Origin: Mobula hypostoma
Lineage: Eukaryota
NCBI RefSeq assembly: GCF_963921235.1
Contig: NC_086108.1
Span: 95,358,001-95,422,000 of the forward strand
DNA length: 64,000 bases
Direction of reading: 5' to 3'
Shown here: positions 54,168 to 64,000 of the stretch, one piece after another
Numbering within the stretch: position 1 is the stretch's first letter
How the letters are laid out: each line of letters opens with the position of its first letter
Position numbers and translations under genes: made by a program
The notes under the pieces: generated by a model
The model's input: only the letters and a program-made list of their open reading frames with translations
What the model was told of the DNA's origin: nothing
Database searches by the model: none

Positions 54168-54525
54168 GGAGGAACTCAGCAGGTCAGGCAACATCTATGG
54201 GGGCGGGATAAACATCAGTCCTGATGAAGGGTCTCGGCCCGAAACGTCGACCGTTTATTCTTTTCTATAGATGCTGCCCGACCAGTTGAGTTCACCCAAC
54301 ATTTTGTGTGTGTCCCTCTGGATTTCCAGAATGATCTCTCTTGGCTGCCCAGTGGCCAGCGTGAACCTCGCCCTTCACGCACCACATTGCACTGGTTAGC
54401 ATGAGAGCAAATCGCCCGAAGTACCAAGCACAGAGCCCGGTCCTGATGAAGGGTCTCGACTCTTTATTCCTTTCCATAGAACGCTGCCTGACCTGCTGAG
54501 TTCCTCTAGCATTTTGGATGTGTTG
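54168..54525 (+). mobile_element. Two tandem PLE termini, the first with an inverted 5' arm
   Basis: ggaggaactcagcaggtcaggcaacatctat is inverted to atagatgctgcccgaccagttgagttc; the second copy (54440-54525) has an internal deletion in the hammerhead. Confidence 0.75.
54216..54253 (+). ncRNA. Minimal PLE-type hammerhead ribozyme with intact catalytic core
   Basis: CAGUC CUGAUGA A GGG-UCUCGG-CCC GAAA C GUC GACCG. Core boxes intact; stem I CAGUC/GACCG with one mismatch; stem II GGG/CCC; loopless palindromic ACGU replaces helix III; predicted cleavage after 54248. Confidence 0.8.
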
Positions 54526-54979
54526 ATCCGAAGTACCAACAACCTTCATTGTTTTCAGTGCGGGAAATTGGGGCCCTAATTTTAGCCCGGCAGAAAAAGA
54601 GTACATAATTTATTCGCTTCAGCTGAAATTCGATCAAGATTAGGTAAATGGAAATAGGAAGTTAACACCATTTGAGCTTCGACCATCCAGTGACCACAAT
54701 GACGGTGTACTGTTGGGACTATTTCGCGATGTTTAACACCCTTCCGTTTGTGCAAGCTAATGATAAGCGTCTCTCTCAAATACTTAATTTTTTTTTGCTA
54801 CAACTTGCTAAGTGATGGCGCTCAGTCGGATGTTTCGCAACGTTACCGTGTAAATATGTACGCTTCTCCGCGGAATCTCGCCCTAGCTCAATTTCAGGTG
54901 CAGGACGGATCAACGTGTCCATGGGGTATTGTGTAACAGAATAGCATAATAGTGTCACTTATCCCGATTGCTGTCAGTT

Positions 54980-55284
54980 TGATTTCCCAGGTGGGAGAGA
55001 GAGAGAGATCTATGATTAATTTGAGTGTGGCTGGCAGTGCCTTGTCCAATCAGGTTGCAAGGACTTGTATGGGGAGCTTTGTGTTACCACCTGGCGGGAT
55101 AACACCTGGTAAACGGGGACCCCGTCTGCGCACGCGCGCTGTGGAGTCAGAGAAGCCTATATCTAACCAATGATGTGCAATCCCACAGAGCTCAAATCGA
55201 AGACACCTCTCTCTCTCTCAAAAAAAAAGATTCGGTTGCTGCTGAAACTGATTTTCTCCAAGCCTGAGCGAGTAAGGCAGCGAG
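54980..55284 (+). promoter_or_regulatory. GFI1: Putative proximal GFI1 promoter / 5'UTR
   Basis: CCAAT at 55046 and 55167; CACCTG E-boxes at 55088 and 55103; AATC cores at 55179, 55195 and antisense ~55250; possible acceptor AGs ending at 54990 and 55262. Confidence 0.5.
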
Positions 55285-55399
55285 ATGCCACGCTCATTCC
55301 TGGTGAAGAGCAAGAAAGCGCATAGCTACCATCAACACAGACCCATCGAGGATGACTACAACAGCAGGCTGGAGCATATCCTGGCACACATCTCCTCAG
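55285..55399 (+). CDS. GFI1: GFI1 first coding exon (SNAG domain)
   Basis: [38 protein letters not shown]; diagnostic SNAG motif; 115 nt, donor cag|gtaact, phase 1. Confidence 0.97.
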
Positions 55400-55499
55400 G
55401 TAACTGAATGCAATCACGCCAGACTAAAACGAGACAGCCAATGCCAACATTTTTTTTCTTTTGCAAACATTTCTGCTATTTGTCAAAGCGTTATGATTG

Positions 55500-55695
55500 T
55501 GGGGTGACACGCGCGAAAGGCTGGAGGAACGCAGCAGGTCGGGCAGCATCTATGGAAAGGAATGACCCTTCACTTTGACCTTTAGTCCTTCATCACTTCC
55601 CTTCACAGATCTGCCTGACCTGCTGAGATCCTCGAGTATGGCGTGCGTGTCAGCAGCTCTGAATTTCCATCATCTGCAGGATCTCTTGTGTTTAT
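55500..55695. mobile_element. Inverted PLE-terminus pair in a GFI1 intron
   Basis: Arms ~55506-55560 and ~55600-55651 are imperfect reverse complements. Confidence 0.6.
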
Positions 55696-56552
55696 GATTG
55701 TAGAATAATTCTGTTTTGCACATTCAAAAACAGAGTAAGGATTTCTTTTATTTAAAGTAGTTTCCTTATTGACTTACGGGTAACATGTAATGCTTTCAAC
55801 TTCCATTCAGCCTGTAAATAAAACTGGAATGCACATATCTCCTCGGATGATATCTTTGAAGGTACGATATTGTTCTGTCAGTGTGGTCTTAAATATATTT
55901 TATAAATTCTGTGGTTCCTTTGATCGATGTAGATTAAATTAAATTTAGGGCCCTATTTCACGGGCAGTGTTAATGATTTAGGAGACAGTTATGAGTGTAT
56001 TGTTGTTTTTCAGCTTGTTGTTAAAATAAGTCGTTTATTTTAACGGAAAAAGTGTTAATAATTTACGGGAGTTGCACTATCAGTTTCCGTCATTCCCCAC
56101 AACTGCCCCTGATCTGATAAATATTACTAGCTTTCTCTAGTTAAAGGTCCTCTTCTACTCCATAGATGCTGCCCGACCTGCCGAGTTGCTGCAATATTTT
56201 GTGTGTGTTACTGCGGATTCACAGTATCTGCAGAATCTCGTGTTTAGCTTTTCTGTTTTCGTTGCTGTCAATCTATAGTTGGGTTTTGAGAGACTTCCGA
56301 CAAGCTTTCTATTATTTTGTTTTCTATTATACCGTTATTCATTTGGGAAGATCATTTTCAATAGTAAAGTTATTACCGAGTCTGCTGTGTGTATTATTCC
56401 AGTATTGTACGCCTCTCCTATTAACAGAGACGGCATTTACCACACATGGATTAAAAACTGACGACAGAAAGCTGTTTTCGCTACAACTGCGCCGCCAGTT
56501 TAATAGGTTCCTCTGTCCGTCCCTTACCTCTTCGCCCAAAATGTGATTGCAG

Positions 56553-56732
56553 ACAGTAAGCTGCCGGAAGACGCCCCCTCTGCGGACTCCAAAGGCGGAG
56601 TTTCGCCCAATTCCCAAGCGGTGGAGGCGACCGACGTGCCGGAATCTCCCGTGAGCAGCGAGGATGGTGTCTGTGGTAGAACTTCCGAGTATGAGGATTT
56701 CTGGAGACCCCCCTCTCCGTCTGCGTCGCCAG
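56553..56732 (+). CDS. GFI1: GFI1 second coding exon
   Basis: Acceptor ttgcag|AC; 180 nt; ends SEYEDFWRPPSPSASP (GFI1-type motif); donor ag|gtaacg; frame continuous with neighbouring exons. Confidence 0.95.
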
Positions 56733-57620
56733 GTAACGTGCTCGCAGTGATGGCGATCGGTGCATTGGTGTAGAAACGGCAGTGGAAGGGAAACAGGCGT
56801 CGTTTCACAGACAAATCACTTCCTAGTACTGTTGTAAATAAGTACATTACTTCTGGTGTTTTAGTTTTCTGGTGCACTCGAATCACATAGAAACAAGCCC
56901 TTCGGCCCATCTAGTCCGTGCCGAGCTAATATTCTGCCTAGTCGCACCGAACCGTACCTGGATAATAGCCCTCCATAACCACCCCACCCCAATCCCTCCC
57001 TGTACCTGTCCAACTTTAAATGGAACTTGCATCCACCGCTTCCGCTGGCAGATCATTCCGCCTTCGGAGTGAAAGAGATCCCCCTCAAGTTCCATTTAAG
57101 CATTTCACCCATTTTATGGAGAATCTTGTACCACAGAAATAAGGATGGTCATAACAAAACATAAGTGCGCTTTCAGTTGTCGGTGTTGTGTTGTTCACAG
57201 TTTACTGAATAATAACTCTTAAGTAGCCACAACAACAAGATTTAAGATACGCTGGGACCAGTTTCTTGAGATATGGGCCAAACGCGGGCAAATGGAACTA
57301 ATTTAGATGGGAATCTCGGTAGGCATGTACCAGTTGGGCCGAAGGGCCTTTTCCCCCTACTGAATAACTCTGTGACTATAGTTAGAATGTTAACAAGCCG
57401 TTAACAAATCAGTCAAAATGTGTTTGTATGCACACAGTCGTGTTTAATTAGAAATATACATTGTCTTTGGCAACGTCGAGTTGAGTAGTACGGTGAGTTA
57501 CATACAGTGAAAAACTAGCTTGTAGCGGCATCAAACAACACTCAAATATACATTATACGTGTGAAATCAAGTCATTGGGAACGATTGTAATGTCTTTTCA
57601 TCTGCTTTTTTTTTGTTTAG

Positions 57621-58012
57621 ACTCTGAGAAATCTCTCTCCCCGTCTCTGGAAGAGAATCATCCCTTCGCGGTACCTCTGAAGCAGTATGGATGGAGTAAC
57701 TACACAGGTTCCGAATTGAAGTACCTGATGCAGAATTACCGCCCCCCAGCTCTGGAGCGGAGCTCCGCCGTGGGGGTGTACAGCGAACGGAACTCCATCG
57801 CTGGCCTCTACCCGAGCTCCGCCTCTGGCTTTTACAACGACCGCGGTCCGGCTCACGGGCTGTACGGCGACCTCGGCACCGCGTCCGCTCTGTACAACGA
57901 GCGGAGCCGCAACTTCAACGAGAAAAGTGACGAAGTGAAAACGGAATCCGGGCTCCTTTGCACCCGACTGCTCCTCAACAACGGCTCCTACAAGTGCATC
58001 AAATGCAGCAAG
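57621..58012 (+). CDS. GFI1: GFI1 third coding exon (intermediate domain, start of ZF1)
   Basis: Acceptor ttttgtttag|AC; DSEKSLSPSLEE...LLCTRLLLNNGSYKCIKCSK; donor ag|gtataa; 115+180+392 = 687 nt, ending in phase 0. Confidence 0.96.
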
Positions 58013-58999
58013 GTATAACGATTCTCCGGGCCACTTCAGGCGCATAAAAAGCATCCGACCTGCAGATCTCTCTAGGAGACCTTCTAAGGATCTGTCTCTC
58101 TTCTCTTTTATCTGCGGTCTCCATTCGCCCTCCATGCGTGCCCCACCCCATTCAGAGGATCTATATATCGCCGTGGGGATAGACATGTAGAGCGCTGCTT
58201 GGATCTGAAGACAGGCGTAAGACCGCCGCTCCTCCCGCTGCCAATCAATTACATTATAGCCGAGCCCCGCCTTAACTCGATTTTTGTTCATCGGCCCTCG
58301 ATACCACGCATAACCAATAGGAGACTACAGCGCAAAAACAGACCCTTCGGTCCGTCTAGTCTGTGCCGAACTATTGCTCTGCCTAGTCCCATCGACCTGC
58401 ACCTGGATTGTAGCCCTCCATACCTCTCTCATCCACGTATTTATCCGAAATTCTCTTAAATGTTGAAATCGAACCCGCAATGTTGAAATCAAAACCAATA
58501 GGCAAACCACAGGTTCTATCCTCGCTGCTCCACTTCTCCTCCTATTATTAACGGACTCACAGGCGTCAGTTTTGGAAACTGATGATCATGTTCTCAAGAT
58601 CCCACCTGTACGTGTACCCCTCGTGGTGTTCTCCTTTTCCTCTGACACTGACGTGGCGATGTGTTGGAGTAGATAGGATGGTTCCATCCGGTGGAGAAGG
58701 CGGTTTACTGTCCCTTGCTCCGTCTGTTTAACCCTGGTTGATACCTGGGCTGAATCGGAAGGATATGGGGAGCGGATAAAATCCGTAACAGAGAGCAAGC
58801 CAGTGGGCATGGACAATCTCAGCTTAGTTTTAATGCAAACTCGACTTGAGTTAACCCTCCCTTAAAAGGCACCTTATAAGTACCGGTGGGTGGCTGGGTG
58901 GAGATATGTTTCTACCAGAGGACGTGTAATGTGCAACTTCCCTCCGCCACCCTGCAGATTCCCCTCGGATAAGGTGTAGCAGCACCTGCTTCACAACCC

Positions 59000-59257
59000 C
59001 ATCCCTGCCCCGGTCCGCCCCGCTCCGGTCAAGGTCACAGGAAGCCACGGGAGCAGGCGGTGGATGGTCGTACGAGCAACTGGTGCCTATCTCAAGTCCT
59101 GGTTATGCAACCATTGACGCCAGGCAGACAATCTCTGTAGAGTATTGATAATCGCTGCCCAGAAGGCAATAGCAAACCACTTCTGTAGAAAAAAATGGCA
59201 AGAATGATCGCCTACGTCATACGACCTGGCACATGATGATGATGATGATGATGATGT
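59000..59257 (+). mobile_element. RTE-like short repeat with (GAT)n tail
   Basis: gcaaaccacttctgta motif and atgatgatgatgatgatgatgatg tail. Confidence 0.45.
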
Positions 59258-59349
59258 AAACACTGGAATTTAAAGTAGCAGCTGACACTAAGTAACGGCG
59301 TCCAACCTCTTACTGATCAAAAGAGCCGACAAGGAGCCTGTCTTGATAC

Positions 59350-59815
59350 AGTTACAGACCGTTTGGCCCACGAAATTGTGCTGACCCACATAGACGTCCA
59401 TTTTTCTTTCATCTGCGTGCCTGTCTACGAGTCTCTTCAATGTCCCTAATGTATCTGCCTCTACCACCACCCCTGGCAATGCATTCCACGCACCCACCAT
59501 TCTATGTGTTTAAAAAAATACCTCTGACAACCCCCTATAGTTTCCCCCAAAATCCTTAAAATTATGCCCCTGGTATTAGCCATTTCTGCTCTGGGGGGAC
59601 ATCTCTGGCTGTCCACGCCATCTATGTCTATTATCATCTTGTACAACTTTATCAAATCGCCTCTCATCTTCATTTGCTCCAAAGGGGAAAACCCCAGCTC
59701 GCGTATCCTATCCTCATTAAGAATTGCCTTCTAATCCAGGAGTTATTCTAGCAAATCCCCTCTGCACCCTCCTAAAGCATCTACATCGCTCCTACAACGT
59801 GACAGTCAGAAGTGA
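59350..59815 (-). mobile_element. CR1 3' fragment in a GFI1 intron
   Basis: MRGDLIKLYKMI, VGAWNALPGVVVEA. Confidence 0.7.
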
Positions 59816-61419
59816 ACAGAGTTTGCTATAAAGCAGTTCACGTTTTCCCGCATCATTGAGCCTAACCAAAATTCAAAATTTTGGACCGAGTGAGGACAGA
59901 AGTTTCTGACTAGTTATGTAAAACATGAATTTCATTCTGATCCAGAGTTCTTCGTGAATTGTGTCCCAGTGTAATGTAAATGTTGTTACTTGTATCCCTT
60001 GTGGCTACTGGACTACATTTGGGTTCCAACTAGACGATTATTCCTTCAAAAGACATACAGTAGTGACATGACCTGTAAAGAGACCCCCACTCTGATTCAC
60101 AGTTGCGGGACTAAAGTCGTTTCCCATGTGCCCTGTTAGCTGGCTCGTTTCTCTTCCATTATCAACACTTTCATTGAAGGCGTGAAACATTACGGCTACC
60201 TGTAACAATCACAATCTTGGATATCATAAAGAAAGGAAAATATAAACCAGGACCCTGTACAAACAGTACTTGTATTGGAATTAATTTCGATCAAATACCA
60301 GAAAAATCATAAGAGGTGGGAAACTGAATAAGAGAGAATACTGAAAATACTGAGAAGGATTGAGAGGAGAGATAAAAAAAGTTCTCATTTTTCAGTTTCA
60401 CTGTAAGAAAAAAAATGCTGGAGGAACTCAGCAGGTCAGGCAGCATCCATGGAAATGAAACAGCTTTTGCAAAATTTCTTGTGTTCTCAGTTTCATCTTG
60501 ATTGGTTTCACTTTCCCTGTTCTCTTCACCTTGAGCGGAGCGGCACGGTAGCGTAGCGACCGGGGTTCAATTTCACAGCAGTCTATAGTGTCCATTCCAG
60601 AGACCTGCGGGTTCATCGGTTACTATGTGTAATTGTGCAACGCGGGCTGTATGTTCTACCTCTAAATAACAACAACAAACAAACAATAAATAAATGTGTA
60701 CATCTGCGAAACACAGGTCTCCCCCACCCACCCCTCTCTCGGCTGGCACCACTGTCTCTTGTCATTCAATCCCCCTTGGGCTCCGCCGTACCGCAGATAT
60801 TTCTTTTGTTCTCTCCAGCCCTTCCGTTTTCTCTGCAATTTAACACATGCTTGAACTTTTAACTTTCTTCAGATCTTTATTCAGGTCATTGGTTTGAAAC
60901 GTTAACGTTGTTTCTCTCCACAAGTGTCGAGAGCGTGTCCAGCTTGATTTACTGATAATTGATATTGCACCAGCCTTACATCTTATTTCCTGTTGAATTA
61001 TATCACATATGCATATGCAGTCGGACATTATTTCAGACCCTCTGTTTTACTGTGCAAAGTTGAATGTTAAACACTAGAAATTCTGCAGACGCTAAAACTC
61101 CAGAGCAACAAACACAAATGATGGAGGAACTTCCAGTAGGCCGGGGCAACTGTGCCTCGCTGTACATGACAATGAAAACGACTGAAGGTTTTTGGCTCTT
61201 GACACGAAACGAGGATTGTTTATTCCTTTCCATTGATTCCGCCTGACCTGCTGAGTTAAATGCTATCGTCTCTCTGTCTCGTATCAATAATTCACGTGTG
61301 CCAACAATAGAAGAATCAATTATTCTAGTGGAGTCCGGACACACATGTAAGGCGAATTGAATCACCCCTCTAAATTTCACTTCTTAATGTATCGATTCTG
61401 ATTTTGTGAAATATTTTTG

Positions 61420-62005
61420 AATCATGAAGTCATAAAAAGTACAGCACAGAAACAGACCCTTCGGCCCATCTAGTCCATGCCGAAACGATTTAATCTGCCT
61501 ACTGCCAACGACCCGTACCAGGACCATAGCCCTCCCTACCCTCCCATTCATGTACCTATCCAAACTTCTCTTAAACGTTGAAATCGAGCTCGCATGCATC
61601 ACTGGCGCTGACAGCTCTTTCCACACTCATGACCCTCTGAGTGAAGAAGTTTTCCCTCCTATTCCCCTTAAACTTTTCACCTTTCACCCTTAACCCTTGA
61701 CATCCGGTTGTAGTCCCACCCAACCTCAGTGGAAAAACCCTGCTTGCATTTATCCTATCTATACCCCTCATAATTTTGTATACCTTAATCAAATCTCCTC
61801 TCAACCTTCTACTTCTAAGGAATAAACTCTTAACCTATTCAATCTTTCCTTGTAACTCAGGTCCTCCAGACCCGGCAACATCCTTGTAAATTTTCTCTGT
61901 ACTCTTTCAACCTTGTTTACATCTGTGCTGGAGGTAGGTGACCAAAACTGCACACCATACTCCTAATTAGGCCTCACCAAAATCTTAAACAATTTCAACA
62001 TAACA
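61420..62005 (-). mobile_element. CR1 3' fragment in a GFI1 intron
   Basis: RGDLIKVYKIMRGIDR, FFTQRV; related short tails at ~56880-57110 and ~58320-58480. Confidence 0.75.
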
Positions 62006-62996
62006 CAACACAACATCCTGCTGTATCTCCTTTACGGTTGAGAAGCTCTCAGAAGGCTGTTGAGCACCACGAAGGGAGGAAGGTTATCCTAAGCGTTGGA
62101 ATCAGGTTCTGTTTCGTTGTGAGGGCGAGGAGCTTCGGAGGTGTAGTGGAAATCAATCATTTCCCAGCCCCATTATGATATTCAGCGCCCAAAGTGCTGG
62201 TAGCACCTTACCACTGCGGCTGCGCAAACTTTCAGCGCATCGTGGCTGTAGTAAAGAAAAACGAAAGCGGTTCATCTTAAATTCTTTGATTCACCTATGG
62301 CTCACTCGGGTTGCTGTAACTAAAACACTGTACAGAGTTCCAAGATGTCCATTGTGTACATGCAGTAATACCCACTCATGGGTAAACATGAAATAAACGC
62401 GGTTTTGCAATGAGACCGTGGCTCGTGATTCAGTTCACGAATACACAACCAGCATTGTAATTTAATGTATTTTATAAGGTATAGCTTATCCCACTCCTAG
62501 CAGGAACTAGGACCTGGAAGGAAGTACCCATCCTAACGAGCAGCAGTGGAAATTGAACTCCGATCTGGCGCAGTAGATCAGGAACACCGAGCTGCCAATG
62601 GAAGATGCGGGTTCAGATGTAGCATTTAGGAGAAGTTTGGATAGATACGTGAACCGGAGGGGTATACTGTAATGGGCTTGTGTCCAGGTGCAGGTAGATG
62701 GGCCGAGGCAGAAGGCCGGCCTGGCATGGACTAGACGGGCCGAGGGCTGTGGTGCTCTATGTCTCTAGTTAGTGATCAGGCATATTTTATGGGTTTTCGC
62801 TTGATGTTATATTGTTGATTTTAGGACTATTTCAACGTAGTTTCAGATATATGTTGGCGTACACATGGCAACTGTGAAAGTGTTGGGCTCGGAGTTCCAG
62901 TTCCTAGTGTAGTTCGGTTCTGTTCACCGCCTTGGATTCGGTCGTTATCTCCGGGACGTTGCCGTGATTTCCTTCTGGTGTGAACGCCGTTGCTAA

Positions 62997-63170
<174 letters not shown>

Positions 63171-64000
63171 TAACGTACAACCAACAAGCCTTGCACAGTA
63201 CCGTGGCCCCAAGTAACCAAATAGCAAGCAGCCCCACTACCGCTTTATCATAACACCACCCGCCCGAAACAAACACGTCTTTTAGAAAAACACAAACTTA
63301 ATTATAACAATAAACGATAATCAAAATACGCAGATGCTAGAAACTTTAAGTAAAATTGTGAAGTGCTGGAAGTACCCAGTTGTTCAGATAGCATCAGCGG
63401 GGAGACAAGCTTCAGGGTGATAACTTTTTAGCAGATGAACAAATTCTCCCCCTCAACACATTTTAGTTACACCTTTTTTATCTGCACAACTTGTTTTCTT
63501 TTGCACTTGGGTTGTTTGTCAGTATTTATGTATAGTTTTCCCCATAAATTCTATCTTAATTCTTTATTTTCCTTTAAATGTCCGCAAGAAAATAAATCTC
63601 AGGGTAGTATATGGTTACATATAATTTGATAATAAATTTATCTGGAATTGACTTTGACTTTGAAATACTGTCTGATCCGCAGAGTATCTTCAGTACTTTC
63701 CATTTTGATTACCGAGACCTTTGGTTATGCTCGATTAACCGTTATTATAGAAAAAGATTATGGGAAATTCAGTGGTGAACATCACAATGAATTTCAGAAT
63801 ATCGTGGAAAGGAACACGCTTGCATGGTCTTGTAGAAAAAGCTTACAGAGGAAGTGTGGGAGAAAGAGGTGAAGGAGATGGTTGGATTTCTAAAGGCAAT
63901 AGTTCAAAGTAAATGTATTATCAAAGTCCGTAAATTAATTTCCTTGCCGATATTCGCGGTAGAACAAAGAAATACAATAGAGCCAATGAACACAAGACGG

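Noticed and set aside
57617..58291. 224-aa minus-strand ORF, the longest in the track
   Set aside because: Antisense shadow of a GC-rich GFI1 exon; no recognisable domain.
60535..60620. tRNA gene
   Set aside because: A/B-box-like head of a degenerate SINE; no cloverleaf.
9140..61260. CRISPR-like or prokaryotic system suggested by recurring short repeats
   Set aside because: The repeats are dispersed in both orientations with no regular spacers, and the context is a spliced vertebrate locus.

Overview
Vertebrate genomic DNA; the repeat families suggest a cartilaginous fish, probably a ray (inference). The window holds the conserved EVI5-GFI1 tandem locus, both genes on the + strand. It contains the distal last intron, terminal coding exon (24997-25332) and 3'UTR of EVI5, then a repeat-rich intergenic stretch. 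The 5' part of GFI1 follows: a putative non-coding exon 1 near 52.1 kb and coding exons at 55285-55399, 56553-56732, 57621-58012 and 63018-63155 (SNAG domain through zinc finger 2). The rest of GFI1 lies beyond the window. Much of the sequence is transposon debris: a full-length decayed L1 nested in a CR1, plus CR1, Rex/Babar-like, L2 and RTE-like fragments, V-SINE-like SINEs and Tc1 MITEs. There are also more than a dozen Penelope-like (PLE) termini, each carrying a minimal hammerhead ribozyme motif (CAGUC-CUGAUGA-AGGGUCUCGGCCC-GAAAC-GUC-GACUG). One copy with an intact core lies sense in the putative first intron of GFI1. Other highlights are a candidate 10-nt frame-shifting EVI5 microexon, candidate haematopoietic enhancers in the EVI5 intron, and a large CpG-retaining domain over GFI1. 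All calls were made by eye; repeat boundaries are approximate and family names are unverified.
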